Shown: positions 10,547 through 24,500 of the stretch, in pieces | Layout: every line of letters starts with the position of its first letter | Position numbering within the stretch: the stretch's first letter is position 1 | Assembly: GCF_011386835.1 (NCBI RefSeq) | Contig: NC_088801.1 | Coordinates: 13,578,001-13,642,000 of the forward strand | Origin: Chrysemys picta bellii | Taxonomy: Eukaryota | Direction: 5' to 3' | Length of the DNA: 64,000 nucleotides | Made by a program: the position numbers and the translations under genes | Notes under the pieces: generated by a model | What the model saw: the letters and a program-made list of their open reading frames with translations, nothing else | Told to the model about the DNA's origin: nothing | Database searches by the model: none

Positions 10547-11904
10547 TTTGAACCCACTCCCTGCAAAAATATAAATAAAAATATAAACCTTGGCAGAAAT
10601 GGGGGAGGCGTGACCCTGCTGCCCCTCTTCCCCCCCCCGCCCACATATGTCGCCCCTGGGTCTGGGGACAGGTCTGAGAGGCAGAAACTCTGAGTCAAAA
10701 TCAGCTACTGACTCTCTCTTTAATCTTAGACAAATGACCGAGGCCAAAATTTTCAAAACTGAGTGCCTAAAGTGAGGCACCAACACAAATGGCTAGATTA
10801 CCAGAGGTACTGAGCACCCATGAGTCCCTCTGAAGTTAACCAGGCAATTTATAATCCTTATCTATCCATCTTCTTATACTGTGCCCAGTTCCATGGTATC
10901 TGGGAGCCTGCTGAGGCCCCCAGGTTGGAAAATTTTGGTTTGAATCTATCTAGTCTGTGTTGTCCTAGCTGCAGAACAGGGGTAATGTCCCCTCCCTCCT
11001 AGGATAGTATTTACCACCTCGCAGAGGGATTGAAGGTTAATGTGCAAAATAAGATGCTGAGCCTGCAGGCTGAAACTCCTGTTGACAGTCGTCTGGGAGC
11101 ACCATGGCAACCTGCCTGGAGGGTTCCAGGGGAGTTAGGAAAAGTCTGTTGGGGAAAGGCAGTTAGACCGGTGGGTGCTGGAGGGGAGGAGAGGACTCAG
11201 TGGGGGTGGGGAGGAGAAGGGGCTTGAAGATGGGGAACATGATGAAGATGCTGGTAAGTGACCAGGAAGAAAGGAGAGTCAAAGAAGTATTCGGGGATGG
11301 GGCGCAAAGTGCCAGAGTCAGGGTATTTAAGGGAATAAGGATATTGGAGGGATTACTGATTTAGACTGAAAGAAACAAGCAGAATTGTAGCCAATAGGTG
11401 GTTCTGTCTTAGTGTGTAACCTGGCTTGACAGTCAGGGAAATAAACCACGTGCCTGCAGAAGGGAGAAGATTTGTCAGCTAAAAGGGCCTATACATCCAG
11501 GCAGGGGGAGAGCTTTAAATTTTGCCTCCTATCCCTCCCTACACAGGCTCAGGTCCAGAGTTGTGCGGAAGCCCCTTCATTTAGATTTGGGCTCCACTGT
11601 TTTGACCCTTTCCCAAGGAATAACCCCCCTCCCATTCCCAAAAGATTTCCTTGCTCAAATTGTTGAAGACATTTAAAGCCAGGCCCAAGCAGGGTTTCTG
11701 GTCAGCACAACTCCTGATGCAGCTATGTGGTCATTAGGGAGAAAGGACTGAGGAGTACCCCTCCTCTCCTTCCCTACTGCCCCATCACCACCCAGCCCTG
11801 AAGCTTCCCTCCATCTCACACAAGTGCTCTGCACTTCTAATATATTGGAAAATGGCCTTTGGAGGCCCCTTACCATCTCCTAAGGAAGGGCAGGAAGAAA
11901 ACAT

Positions 11905-12320
11905 AAAGAAATGATCAGAACATCAAATTAACTTTCTCTTGGTTACATTATCCACTTCAGGAAGCTGTTCTCTATCCCAAACTGAAACATGCCCTATGTG
12001 GGAAAAACAACCAGCATGGCCAGGGAATGTGCTGGGATGAATCTTGCAGGGCCAAATTCACCCCAGTGCAATTTTATTGACCTCAGTGGATTTACAGCAG
12101 GGATTATTTTGTCCCCCAAGTTTTTCCCTGATGATGAGTAGGAAGTCAATAAAATTGCATTGGGTGAATTTGGCCTTGCAAGATTTAACCCAGCACATTC
12201 CCTGGCCAGACTGGTTGTTTTTCCCACATTGGGCATGTTTCAGTTTGGAGTAGATAACAGCTTCCTGAAGTGGATAACGTAACCAAGAGAAAGTTAATTT
12301 GATGTTCTGATCATTTATTT
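11905..12320. repeat. Long inverted repeat (arms 11905-12081 and 12145-12320, 63-nt spacer)
   Basis: Hand alignment of the left arm with the reverse complement of the right arm gives about 12 differences in 177 nt. Confidence 0.95.
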
Positions 12321-13121
12321 ATTCTTATTTGTTGTGCCGCTTTTGCTGAGGTGAAGGGGGCAGTCTTTCAGTATTGTGTTAAATTAAATGTGTAAGTAGT
12401 GTAGTGTAAGTATATATCGAAGTTTTTATTTCTCCTTTCCCTCAAAATAAATGCTCTGTGATTTTTAAGGAAATATTTGTGTGTGCGTGCACATCAGTTT
12501 GATCATAGGTTGACTAACAGGAATCAGTTTACATAAACGTTTTTGAACAGTGTTTTGTAGAAGTTCCACTGTTATTCATTATTTATGAATGTTTTTATAT
12601 ATTATAGGTGGAGCTGGTAGCACAGCCTGTTATTAAATTTGTTTGACATTTCCCATTATAAGACTGTGGTTTCACTTGCTTGTAACTTTGCCAATCTTTA
12701 ACCATTCAGGCAGAAATTTTCCATGATGGATGTCTGTCTCAGGCTGATTTTCTTTTTTTTTCTTTTCTTTTGAAAATTTCAGCCAAAAAGTTGAGCCATT
12801 TCCAAGAACAAGGCTAGGGAAAAATACATTGCCTTTTAGTGTATTGAATGTTAAGAAGATTCTTGTTGTAATGTTAAGAAAATTCAGGTGACCTTTTCTT
12901 TGGAAAGCTGTAGCTCTCCCAGGCCTTGGAGCAGGGAATTGAAATTTGGCAGGAAAGTGGCCTTTTATCCTTTTGCCATCCTTGTGAAAATCTGTCCACG
13001 TTTGGCTAAATTATAAACCTTAGAAAAATCTTAGTTTGCACATGCTCACTAGAGTATATTTATATGTGTGGGTAATATAATATGTTTAATTTTCCCCCTT
13101 ATTTTTTGTATTATTTCACAG

Positions 13122-13161
13122 ACGTCCAATCCAGAGACCCTTGAAGAGGATTACGATTCAG
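13122..13161 (+). other. PARP9: 40-nt PARP9 upstream exon (5' UTR, or coding TSNPETLEEDYDS in frame)
   Basis: Acceptor TTATTTCACAG| with pyrimidine tract, donor CAG|GTAAGC; phase 1 end joins 14699 in frame. Confidence 0.7.
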
Positions 13162-13570
13162 GTAAGCTTCTTTCTTTTCACATTATGGAGCAGATTAGAA
13201 TTTATAAATTTATACCCTTCTTCTTTGAACTACCGCTTAAACAAGTAAAGTTGAAAGCATGCAAATGGTTTAGTTGAAAGCAAACCAAAACGTACGACTT
13301 GGACACGGATGTCAGTTTTATGTTTCGTTAGTTTTATGTGGTTTCCTCACACCTTTAAAAGTACAGTACAGGTGTGCTAAAGAAAAGATGTTTTGATGAA
13401 AGCCGTTTAAATTCAGTGCACCTTACTAACAATGAGATGCAGAACTGTCTATTTTTAGACTCTAACTGTGCAGAGAAATCGGTACTGTAGGTCAGCTGAA
13501 AAGTGTGGTTAAACTCATGCAAATTGTAAGAATGTACACAAACAAATTAATAAGATACCTACTTTATGTA

Positions 13571-13711
13571 AAAAGTAACCGAGTCTTGTGGCACCTTATA
13601 GACTAACAGACGTATTGGAGCATAAGCTTTTGTGGGTGAATACCCACTTCGTCAGACTCTTTGTTGCTTTTTACAGATCCAGACTAACACGGCTACCCCT
13701 CTAATACTTGA
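13571..13711. mobile_element. Penelope-like short insertion
   Basis: GAGTCTTGTGGCACCTTATAGACTAAC...AGACTAACACGGCTACCCC; 12-bp flanking repeat CTACT(T/G)TATGTA with one mismatch. Confidence 0.65.
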
Positions 13712-14698
13712 CTACTGTATGTAGTTCTATAGAAATCTACCAACACAGAGGAGTATACATCTCCTGGGATTGGTAATGGTATAAAGACCTGTGCAGCTCT
13801 TCATTGCTAGTTCTATCTGGGGGGTTATGATAAAAAAAAATTGATCTGACAGTTGTTTGGTGATTTATGTGAAACAAGATGGTGGCCCATTTTCTTTTTC
13901 TACAGTGCTGCTTAAAGTTCAGACTTGCAGGGAGAATGTGCCTTCTGTGGGTTCAAAGGGAGGGCCTGTGAGGAGCTGCAGAACTAAAGAGTGAGCTTTT
14001 TGGGTGAGAACATAGGACTGGAAAACCAAGTGTTCACAGGTTTGTAGGATGAGGTGGATATCTGGCAGCTCCAGAATGTTGATGCTGAGCCTCTTCTGTT
14101 CCTCAAAATCAAAATGGACTCCCCACGCTCCTGAAATTCACATTAGTGGTGATGCATGAAGGATTGGAAGAAAGGTGAGAAGGCCTGGAAGAAGGATGGG
14201 ATGATGGGACCACCCAGACAGGGAAGTCAACATGGACAGAGGAAGGAAGAAGAGTTCCTTCTGGGAAGTCAGGGAAAGGCACTTGATTGGAACAAAGGTG
14301 AGGGTGTAAATGTAACCTGGTCCATAGGACAGAGTCCTTACAGGCTGCACATTGATTTAGGACACAAAGAATTGGCCCGGCTGGGGTAGGAGGAGAGTTA
14401 AAGTCATGGCAGTTGACAAGTGAATGAGCAAGAATAGGGCCAGACTGGGGCTTATATAAGGCCTTTGCTTCCTTGCTTTATTGGTAAAGGGAGCCAAAAA
14501 CTGCATATCCTTACTGTGTCTCTGAGGTAGAATGGGAGAAGTGAAGACTCTGACAAAAGAAATGATCAGTAAGTAATTTTCCCTTATCATCCCAAGTCAA
14601 TTTAAAAAATAATGATTGAAAACTTTAAAATATGCTGTGCATTAAAAATGTGCTTGACATTGGATCACTGCATTTCTCTTAATTGATTTATTATCTAG

Positions 14699-15540
14699 TG
14701 TCCAGCATGGATACAGAGGAGGAAAGCTTAACAATTCCCATCAGTAAAGATGTTTATGAAATCCTTACAAGACGAGAGAGCTGTCTACGTGACCTCATTG
14801 AGAAGAAGTTTGGTTGTATATCTGTTCTTAAGAGTATAAGATGTCCTCTTGAAGTATACAGGAAAACCCTGAAGGAAGGAATTGAGATATCTGTTTGGAT
14901 GGATGATATGACAAGACATAATGCTGATGCTTTGGTGAATGCAGCCAATGAATATTTGCACCATATTGGAGGCCTTGCTCTTGCCCTGGCGAAAGCTGGT
15001 GGGCTAGAAATTAAACAAGAGAGTAAACGTTATATTGAGCGTCATGGAAAACTCACCACTGGTCAAATAGCGGTAACAGGTGGAGGCAGGCTTTCTTGTA
15101 AGAAAATTATCCACACAGTAGGTCCAAGGTGGTCTGCATATGAAAGTGAGAGATGTTGTCAAACACTTGAGGCAGCCATTATAAATGTCCTGAAATATGT
15201 TAATGATCCAGATAATAATATAAAGTCTCTGGCTATCCCTGCAGTGAGCTCAGGAATTTTTGGCTTCCCACTAGATTTATGTGCTGATGTGATTGTAAAG
15301 ACTATAAAGAATTTTGTTGAGCTAGCTCCATTATTTGGCTGGATCAAAGAAATCCACTTGGTGAACATTGATGAGCCCACAGTTGCAGCAATGAAAAGGG
15401 CCTGTGAAAAGTTGCTGGGGAGGAGTGACATCAACTCACTTCAGGAGACTCTGCCAGCTTCAGCAAACCAGCTTCAAGATTCCATCACAATCAATGGTCT
15501 TCACCTACATATCATAAGAGGACAAATTGAAGATCAGCAA
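14699..15540 (+). CDS. PARP9: PARP9 exon with the ATG (14707) and macrodomain 1
   Basis: Acceptor TATCTAG|TG, donor CAA|GTAAGT. Confidence 0.92.
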
Positions 15541-18500
15541 GTAAGTCTTCACAGTGGACCCTGAGGATCTTGTGAAGTGCTGAGTGTGGAGTTGCATCCC
15601 AGCACCTTGCAGGATTGGATCCTAAGAGATTAGAGGGCATGTTGTATTGATCGAGTAAATATGCATCTTGTCCTCTTGTCTTTAGCCACCCAACATTAGA
15701 ATCAGTGGACCAAAACAATATATACCCAGGTGTCGTCTTATAATATAGCTATTGAATTTGAAAAGTTTTCTTTCTGAGTGAGCCCTGCTATGAGAGGATA
15801 GAAAACAACAACACATAGAATAAAGTTATTGACTGTCCTGACTCTACGTTAACATTTACTTTTTTTTAATGTAATATTTTAATAGTTAACATTTTTTAAT
15901 GTATCCCCAAGAAGTTTTCTCTCCTAGCTCCTATCATGTCCTGCTTTTTTTGTTGTTTTCCTGGAATGGGACGAATGCTCCTCTGAAGATGTCTACACTA
16001 CTGGCTAAATCGGCACTGCTGCGATTGATGCAGCGGTGTTGATTATGCGGGTCTGGTGAAGACATGCTAAGTCAATGGGAGAGCATCTCCCATTGACATA
16101 GTGCTGTGTAGACACCACTGTAAATTGACATAAGTTATGTTGATTTCAGTTACGTAACTTGAGTAACTGAACTAGCGTAACTTAGATTGACTTATAGCAT
16201 TAGTGTAGACCAGCCCTCAGTCTCACTATTGGGGCATTCAGTATATACTACAACAGCTTAAGATATTTTCTAAAACCAGTGTACACATCATCTTTAACCA
16301 GTATTTTATTTAATTTATTATAGCATGGTAAAAAACATGGCAATCCTAGTTATGGGCAAACCAGAAAGGATGATTAGATTGGAAGCTGCATCACCTGATA
16401 GTATTTGTTTGAAACAGACCATTTTTCACAGAATTTTCCATACCTTGTTTGTTAAAGAAACATCTTGACTCCTTAAGAAGTTTGTTTTTATAGATGTGGA
16501 AATAAATTATGACCTTTGGTTGATGAGGGAGAAATTCTATCAACTGACTATAGAAAGTTATATTTCTTCTGAGCAATTGAATGGGTGTAGCCCAAAGCCT
16601 TGTATTTTTAGTTACTCTTAAACAGTCAAGCTAAGGTTAGACTCATTATTTCTGTGGTCAAAATACCATAAGCAAAAATGTTGCATTTCACAAACTTAGT
16701 TCCAAATTACAGCAGCCCTAGGGAGTATGTGTTGGGCAGAAGGAGAAAGCTTAGGGATTTCCATCCTCTCATAGTGCTCCTGCACAGAAGGCAGCCATAA
16801 TTTTGCAATTCCTCCTGAGTACACAAGATTGTGAGGACTATTTGCGTGACCGGCAGTGCTTACTACTTTAAGGCTACATCTACAGTACACACCACTGGTG
16901 GTGGTGTGTAGGCTACATGTAGCTACATGCCACAGTGAAAAGCCTGCTGCATCTACTGCCTGCTGCAGTGTGTAGCTACTCATGTCAGTGAAAGGCTCTG
17001 GCAGAGGGAGACGGGGAACATTTCAGCAGCTCCTTGCTGCCGGAGCCTTTCACTGTAGTGGAAAGGCTCTAGGAATGGCCCCCTGACAGAGCCTTTCCAT
17101 GCGGAGGGGAAGGGCTCCAACAGTGGGGAGCTAGTGGACCCTTTCTCTGCTGCTTCCTTCCCCATCTCCCCAGCTTGACTGCTGGAGTCTTTCCTTGCAC
17201 TGGGAAAAGGCTCCAGCGGCAGGGAGGCAGTAACACTACAATGCTAAAAAAAGCAATGTAGATGGTGAGGCACAGCTTGGGTGAGTAGAACGAGTGTAGG
17301 GGATGTACATAAGCACACTCTCCAACTGTCTTTACTCTACTTGCCTAAGCCTTACCTCACTGGCTACACTGTTATTCAACCTGGGGGTGGGGTGGGGGGA
17401 GGAGACTGCGCTGTTATGTATTCTACACAACATTGAAAGAAGCATGTAGTGTAGATGTCCCTTAAAAAGTGAAGTTTCTGGATGGATGGAGTTTTTATAA
17501 GAAAAAATTCCACCAGCTGCACAGGTACATTTGAAGTGGGGATCTGACTGCAGTGCAGGTAGAATATGCATTTACCTGAAGTGAAATATACTGAGAGCTT
17601 GTGTTCTTGTCTTCCAGACTGCAATTATTGTTAATTCTGTGGTCATAAATGATGATCTGTCAAGAGGAAACATTTCAAGAGCAATTCTGCAAAAAGCAGG
17701 CTCATTTCTTCAGCAGGAATTTCGGTTTGAGTCTCAAAAACTTCCTCAATCTTGTGAGAAATTCATATTGACAAAAGGATACAATCTGGCCTGCAAGTCT
17801 GTGCTCCACATAGTATGGTCATCACAAAGCAGCAGTGATTCACGCAAGGTGATGTTCTGTTAGAGAGGATTTTCACTCCTCTTTTTCATGTCAAAAAGTA
17901 AAATAAGGTCTAAAACTCTCCGTTTTTTCTGCAGGTACTAAAAACTGCAATGTCAAGATGTTTGCTTAAGATTCAGGAGCCTCCATTTCCTTCAATTTCC
18001 TTCCCAGTAATTGGATCTGGAGTATTACATTTGCGAAAGGATGAAGTGGCAGATATTATGATTGATGAAGTTTTAAGCTTTGCAAAGGAACATCCTGGGA
18101 GGAAGTTAGATGTGTATTTTGTGATCCATCCAAATAACAGTTTTGTCTACAAGGTAAGGTATTTAGTGTTAACTATAAGTAGAAGAACTCACAATAACCA
18201 TGAAGAAAGTTTCCTTGAATTTCTACAAGCTAAAGTACTTTACATACCAAACTATATGTTACATTTGTAACAATAGATAGCAAGCCTCTGGTGTGTCTTG
18301 TGAATAAACCCAGGGGAAGATCAAACCTGGCAAGGTTGGACTTGGAGTTTGAATGACATCTTTCCCTGAAAGAGACAATAAATGGCAGGGGACAGGAATC
18401 AGCCTATGTAAGAAACAAATCCTCAGGGAATATGAATTCTAGTCTAGCGTTGCAGAGTGCTTTCCCTCTTTTGCCCAGTTGCCCGCTTTCTCCCTGGTGC

Positions 18501-21500
18501 ATGGCTCTGCGGAAGGGAAAATGTGCAGACGGGGTGTCTCTGCTGGTTCAATTGGCAGGAACTTCAGACAAACTCTGACTGGAAATCCACCAGTCCCCTG
18601 GGGAGCTTACTTAGTTGCCTTCCTATCTGTAGCCCCAATGGCATGGCTGTCCCTTAGGCCTCCTGAAGTTCCTGGGGCATACAGTATACAGTGAAGTTGT
18701 TGCTTCCAACTTACTGGGGACTTCCTAAAGTACTTCTACTGAAGTTACGCCACGGGAAATGCACTTAGCAAATTCTGTCAAATCATCTCCTGTAGCAATG
18801 TATTGTTACAAAGGACTTTGCCTTCTTATGGTAGACCAGGCTGTAGACACCTGAGGCCAAATTGTCTGCTGGTGATTTCAATGGAACTGTCCTAGTTTAT
18901 GCCAGCAGAGAATTTGGCCCAGATGATTTATACACGGCTGTTTTAGGTATCTATATACATAAAAATATAATTATAAATTATAAATTGATGCTGTTCTCGT
19001 TGAACCCAAAACTCCCACTGACTTCAGTAGGTGAGGAGTGAGCCTGTATACTGTAGCAAAAGTAATATACGGCACAATAGAGTGTGGGCTGGCCAAAATG
19101 TTACATTATGCTCTTGCTTCTGCTCTGAAAGGCTATCATGGACAATTGAATCATACTCCGGACCAAATTCAGATGTGAAGTGTAATGTGGTATCAGTAAC
19201 TGGGTGTAAGGGAGTCCAAACATAATTTACATGCTGAAGATCTGGAAAAAGGGGTAGCCAATCCTACCCTCTTGGTCCTTCTTGTTAGTTGCTTTTCCTG
19301 ATACACCATTTCTTCCATGCTACTGATGTGTAGATTACATCAATTTTGACTCCTAGAGTCAAATAAACCGACTTATACCCACTCATTGACATGTAACTTA
19401 CACCACCTTGCATGTAGACTCTGATGTTGCCCCTCAGTTTTAGAAGTATTTACAGTAAAAATTTCCAAGTTTAATTACAATGACTTTTGCTCATCTATGC
19501 TTTAGATCTACAGTGTAGTTTCTTCATTTTTTTGTCAGTATAATTCAGTGTAAAATCTTATTTTCTAATGTAGTATTAATTTGCAATGTACTTTTCATGG
19601 TATTTAAAGATGATTTTTATCATTTTTTCTGTATGTCAGAACTCTGACAAATTACATTTGGTTATCATTTGTCTCTGTGTTTCCTTGGACCACATGCTCA
19701 CACTGCCAGTTATTTCACTAATGTGCCAAAGCCTTCTTGCCACAGGCCTTGAAGGCTAAAAACCAACATGAATAGTGTATTTTCACTGCTCAGGGATGTC
19801 AGTCTGCAGGAAGCCCAAACCCACTGCACAGAGCAGTGCTCTTCAGTGGCTTTCCACATGAGACTATGGAGAGGAGCTTTGTGACTTAGGTAAGGGGATA
19901 GTCAGTGCATCACAATGCACAGCATGCATCCATCAGCATAAAACTGTAAGTAGAAGAAATTGTTTCTGCTCTGGCCCATAAACTATAACAACAGCCTGGC
20001 CGCATGGGTTCCCCACATATTACCTCCAGATGAAACTGGGGAGAATGCCACCCACGCATGCCATCCATGTCCCTGTACAAAGCCCTGGAACCAGGTTTGG
20101 CACAGGAGACCGACATCAGGCCCTGTGTGAAAGGAGACTGACTAAAATTGCTTTCCTAACAGAAATCTGGAGAGACAGACTCTGTTCGTTTGTTAGTGGT
20201 TTGACACATAGCTGGTTGTAAACTGATTCTAAATCTTTCTTTGTCAAGGCTTTCCGAACCAAGTTTGATTCAGCGAAAAGCAAACTAGGACAAGATGTGG
20301 AATGCAACAGAAGTGATGATTTGGGTGAGTAAGGAGCACAAAGGGTGAGTAAGGTTGTGAAAATGATACTCTCCTAATAAATATCTGGGGGAAACCATCA
20401 CACAAGAGCTCTGTGTTTAATTTTTGACTCTTGTTTCATTGTTTGTCAGACTGGGTGATAAGAGGTGAAGAAGACAATACTGGTTTTGGTATATTGGGGA
20501 AAATGTGTTACCTCTTCTAAAATTGTGTTTTGCAAAATTAGTTTTACTATTATGATATTTAATTAGACTCCTTTTGACTTATCGGATTCTCATTCATGTA
20601 AACAAAAATGTAACTATTGAGTTAACTATTCAACTCTTCAGACGTTTTGCCTTCTTTTGCCCCTTGAAGAACCCATGTCATTGACATTGATGTTATCAGG
20701 AGTTAGGGCTGAGTACTGATCTTTGGGTTTGCTAGTTCAAAAGCAGGATTTCTTAAATGTGAATACAAACTGGAGGAAGCTGAGTTTTGATAGTTATCAA
20801 TCTCTCTAATCAATCATCTTCATCCCAATTCCTACCATTTCAGGAGCCAATGGGTACGGTAAATTGTTGACACAGAAAGTTCTAGCTACTCTGCTTTGAC
20901 ACCTTCATTCCAGCTCATGCAAACAGATACAGAACATGATCAGCACCATCCTGTAGAACATAGGATTTGTCATATCAGACTCAGGTCCTTGCTGCCCCCA
21001 GCAGTGTTTGGGTAGCTTGATGCTTCACAGGAAGGCTGAGTGCATTTTAGTTACTATAAAGTTCCAGAGCTTATTGTATATGTTTAATTAACAGTAAAAC
21101 CTGTACCTGCAATAGGCAGGGCCATGTCTTTAGTTACCACTTTTCCAGTTTTGTACAGTTTTGTTCCACTTTCGGCCTGGTCGTGTGAGATGTTGAGCAC
21201 CGTCAATACCAACTGCAATCAGTGGGAGTTGATGGCACAAAGTACTTCATGTGATTGTGTCCTGGTGCCAGAGGGTAAAATTTCAGTTCAAGAGTCATGA
21301 GGATGGCGTCATGGGTTGGCGTTCCTTCCCTCCTTGTAGGCAGGCAAGTTGTATTTGCGTTGTGCCTCCTATGTTCAAATGATTGCAGGCAGCACTCCAG
21401 CCTATTACCATTTCCATCAATGGACTCTTTATTATAAGCTGAGAATGTTGTCATTTGAAACATATTCTAGCTAGCCAATGCAAAGCGAGTATGAGTAAAA

Positions 21501-24500
21501 CACATTGCTTTTAGCACTGATTTACATCCTACTTAAAAAAGAAAAATCCAGAGAGAACACAGATGTAGTTAAAATGCAAAAGGTACTTCATTTATTCAGA
21601 GCCAAACTCCAGAAGGGATTTAAAAGGGCTCCTTTGTGAGTAGGACAGTGTCCTCTCCTTCACTTCCCCGTAGAACTACAATGTAATCTTTTAACACAAA
21701 AACAGCCCTAACGAGACTGAAAAGCAAGATTTATGTTTTCAGTCTGTCTAAATATTTAATTTCATCATCTCCACTGTCTCCTGAAATAGCAGCTTCTGCT
21801 TAAACCACACGTTAGAGGAATGTGGAAGAACATGAACATTAAGAACAAGTTTCTAAATGGCTCACAGAAGAGGAACTACCATTTAATTTGACTTCAAAAT
21901 GTAATGATGTTATACACCTGGGATGAAACTGTATTTATTAATTATTACTAGGGCCAAATCCTGGTCCCACTTAAATCAATGAGAGATTTGCCATTGACTT
22001 TAATAGGAGTGGAACTAGGCCCTTACAGGGAAATTTTCAAAGGCAGAATTGAAATGTAATGGGAGTTACATGCCCAACTGCTATTTATATCTTTAAAAAT
22101 CTACCCCTTAGTGTCTATCGTAATATCCCCATTCTGAATGTATCATAAGGGCAATAAGCTTTCCTTGTGCTGCAAAGTCTCAGGCTGCATACAGAAATTT
22201 GTGACAGCACTTGTGAACTTTTCAGTCTACCAATTGCACTTGTATAAACAGTATTTCTTTCAGGGTCACGCTCTGACAGACCAGCTGAAATGGAGAATAA
22301 AAAAACTGGACTAGCCATTGAACTTATTGGAAACCGCTGTGAAACACTGGAAGCAGCAAAAATATGGATCAAAAACATAATGCAAGTCCAGGAAAGTCAC
22401 CGTATCGTTATCGAAAACAATCACATTTTTAACCTTAGCAAAAAAGATCATGCAGAACTGTCTCGTCTGCAACGTTTCGGTGCATCCATATCAGAAGAAG
22501 TGGTTGGTGGAAAGGCGAGATTAGAGATTCAAGGTCCTCCTGGTGCTGTAATTGATGCGGTGTTCTTGATCGAAAATGTACTGTGTGATGTGCAAGAGAA
22601 TAATAGAGCCAAGCAAGAGGAACTGCTGCTGTCAGAGGGTCAGTGTAAAACATAAAAACAAATATGAAGCAGAAAATATGTATGTGTGTGTGTGTTACTA
22701 ATATTTAGATGAGCTTGTATTTCAGTTTGTATGTATGATGAATATACAGTAGTGTCAGATTAGTCTGTGTGCTTAGATACTAGGGTAATAGGTACTATGC
22801 AAAGCCTTGAAAGACCGTGGGTTAGTTTGTTGATTTCAATTAATTCACTGGGCAAGATTCCAGTGGGTTGCAGTTTATCCCACTGAGCTGTTGCCGTTGG
22901 AGGCGGACATGACTGCTGCCAGTCCTCACTCTGGGAGTTCCACTAGGAAAGGCAGCCTAAAGGTCTAGCCAGCTGAGGCTCCCTGGGAGACGTATTGAAT
23001 CAGTGCATACCCTTGCTGAACTGGTCCTGCATATTTGTATGTTGCTTGCTGCCACTCCCCTCCTGGCAGCAGACCTAGTGCTATCAGCTTCCCACAGATA
23101 GAGTTGCTCTGGTGGGAGTGAATCAGGCCCTTTGACTTCAATATAGAAATTACTGAAGTTAATTAATTGATTTCAGTGGAGTTACAGTAAGAATGAATTT
23201 GAAACCTGTACCAAATACCACCTGTCTTTGAAATATCCCCTTTTTTCAGGTCAGTTTTATTTGGCCTGTAGTTAAAAGCCCAACCCTATTAGACAACCAT
23301 TTTTCCTGGACATTTTGATGGTTATTTAAGATGGGTTCCCTTGTATAAAAGATAGATACACAAATGCAGAGATCTATAATGGGCATGATACGTCTTGTGT
23401 CTCTTCTGTTTCTGACTTTTCATTGGTTCCTTTAGTAGAACTTGATTTAACAGGCATAATATATTCAGCAAATTTAAATGTAAGCTGTAACATCCTTAGC
23501 AAAGTTGAATCAGTTAAAGAATTTCTAGATCTGGGCAGATATTTATCTTATTTAAATGTACCAGAGTGTAAAAAGGTGCTGTAGTGTCCATAGCCAAAGT
23601 TCATTGAACTCAGTAGAAGCTTTTTCACTGACTTCAGTGAGCTCTGGATCAAGCCCCAAGTGTCCTTGATATTTTTTAAAACAGAAATCTTAAAATTAAA
23701 ACTGATGTAGCAGTAAACTCATGACTTACTGGCAGTAATCAGTTGACCCTTACAGCACAAAAGAATACAGAATATCCCAACCTCCCTCAAAAGAACTCCT
23801 AAGTCATCACTGCCCTTATCAAAGGTCTCTGTAAAGGAGGAGCCTTGATCCAGATGACCCAAACAGCTTGCTTCAGAGAATATGTAACACTCTTCTTTCT
23901 TAACTAAGCAACCAAAATAAACGATTAACTTCCTCCTCCACTGACTTTGTTGCATTGAGGGTAAGTTTAACAAGCTGAAAGTCTTAAATTATTATTGAAT
24001 ATTCTGCTACTTGTATCCAGGCCATCTGGATTATCCTCCAGAAAGACTCCGAGACAAGACAAGGGATACCAAAATGCGTTACCAGATCTCTCCAGTAGAA
24101 TCATACTGCCAGGAATTCAAGGACCGAGAAAAACGATTTGAAAAAGCTGGGCTTCGTGTTCTCAAGGTAAAGAGAGTGTCCTTGGTAAAATGAATCTGAA
24201 GGACTCTTAAGGCATCAGACATTTACAAGAACCTGGATGGAATTAAGAAGGATACATTTTAAAAAAAGAATAAGATCAAAATCAGTTGGCTCCTTATAAT
24301 ACTTGAATGAACTTTAGTGAAATTGTGAATGAAATCTAGATTTATTGCTCAATTAAGATGACTGTTTAAAAAACGTTACAGCTGATCACTCAAAAAGATG
24401 CAGTTAAATCCTCATTTACTATTTCAGTAGGTACTATATGTTTATTTTATATTTTGCAGCTTCAAGTCCTCAGTTATAGCAAATTCTCAGGGATCAAGGA

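Noticed and set aside
12608-12650. Possible extra PARP9 exon (TATAG|GTGGAGCTG...)
   Set aside because: No convincing donor in the needed phase, and the frame stops after 12 codons.
23961-23966. Consensus donor GTAAGT upstream of a PARP9 exon
   Set aside because: It would define a 60-nt intron, has no supporting upstream exon, and the 22638-24021 junction already keeps the frame.
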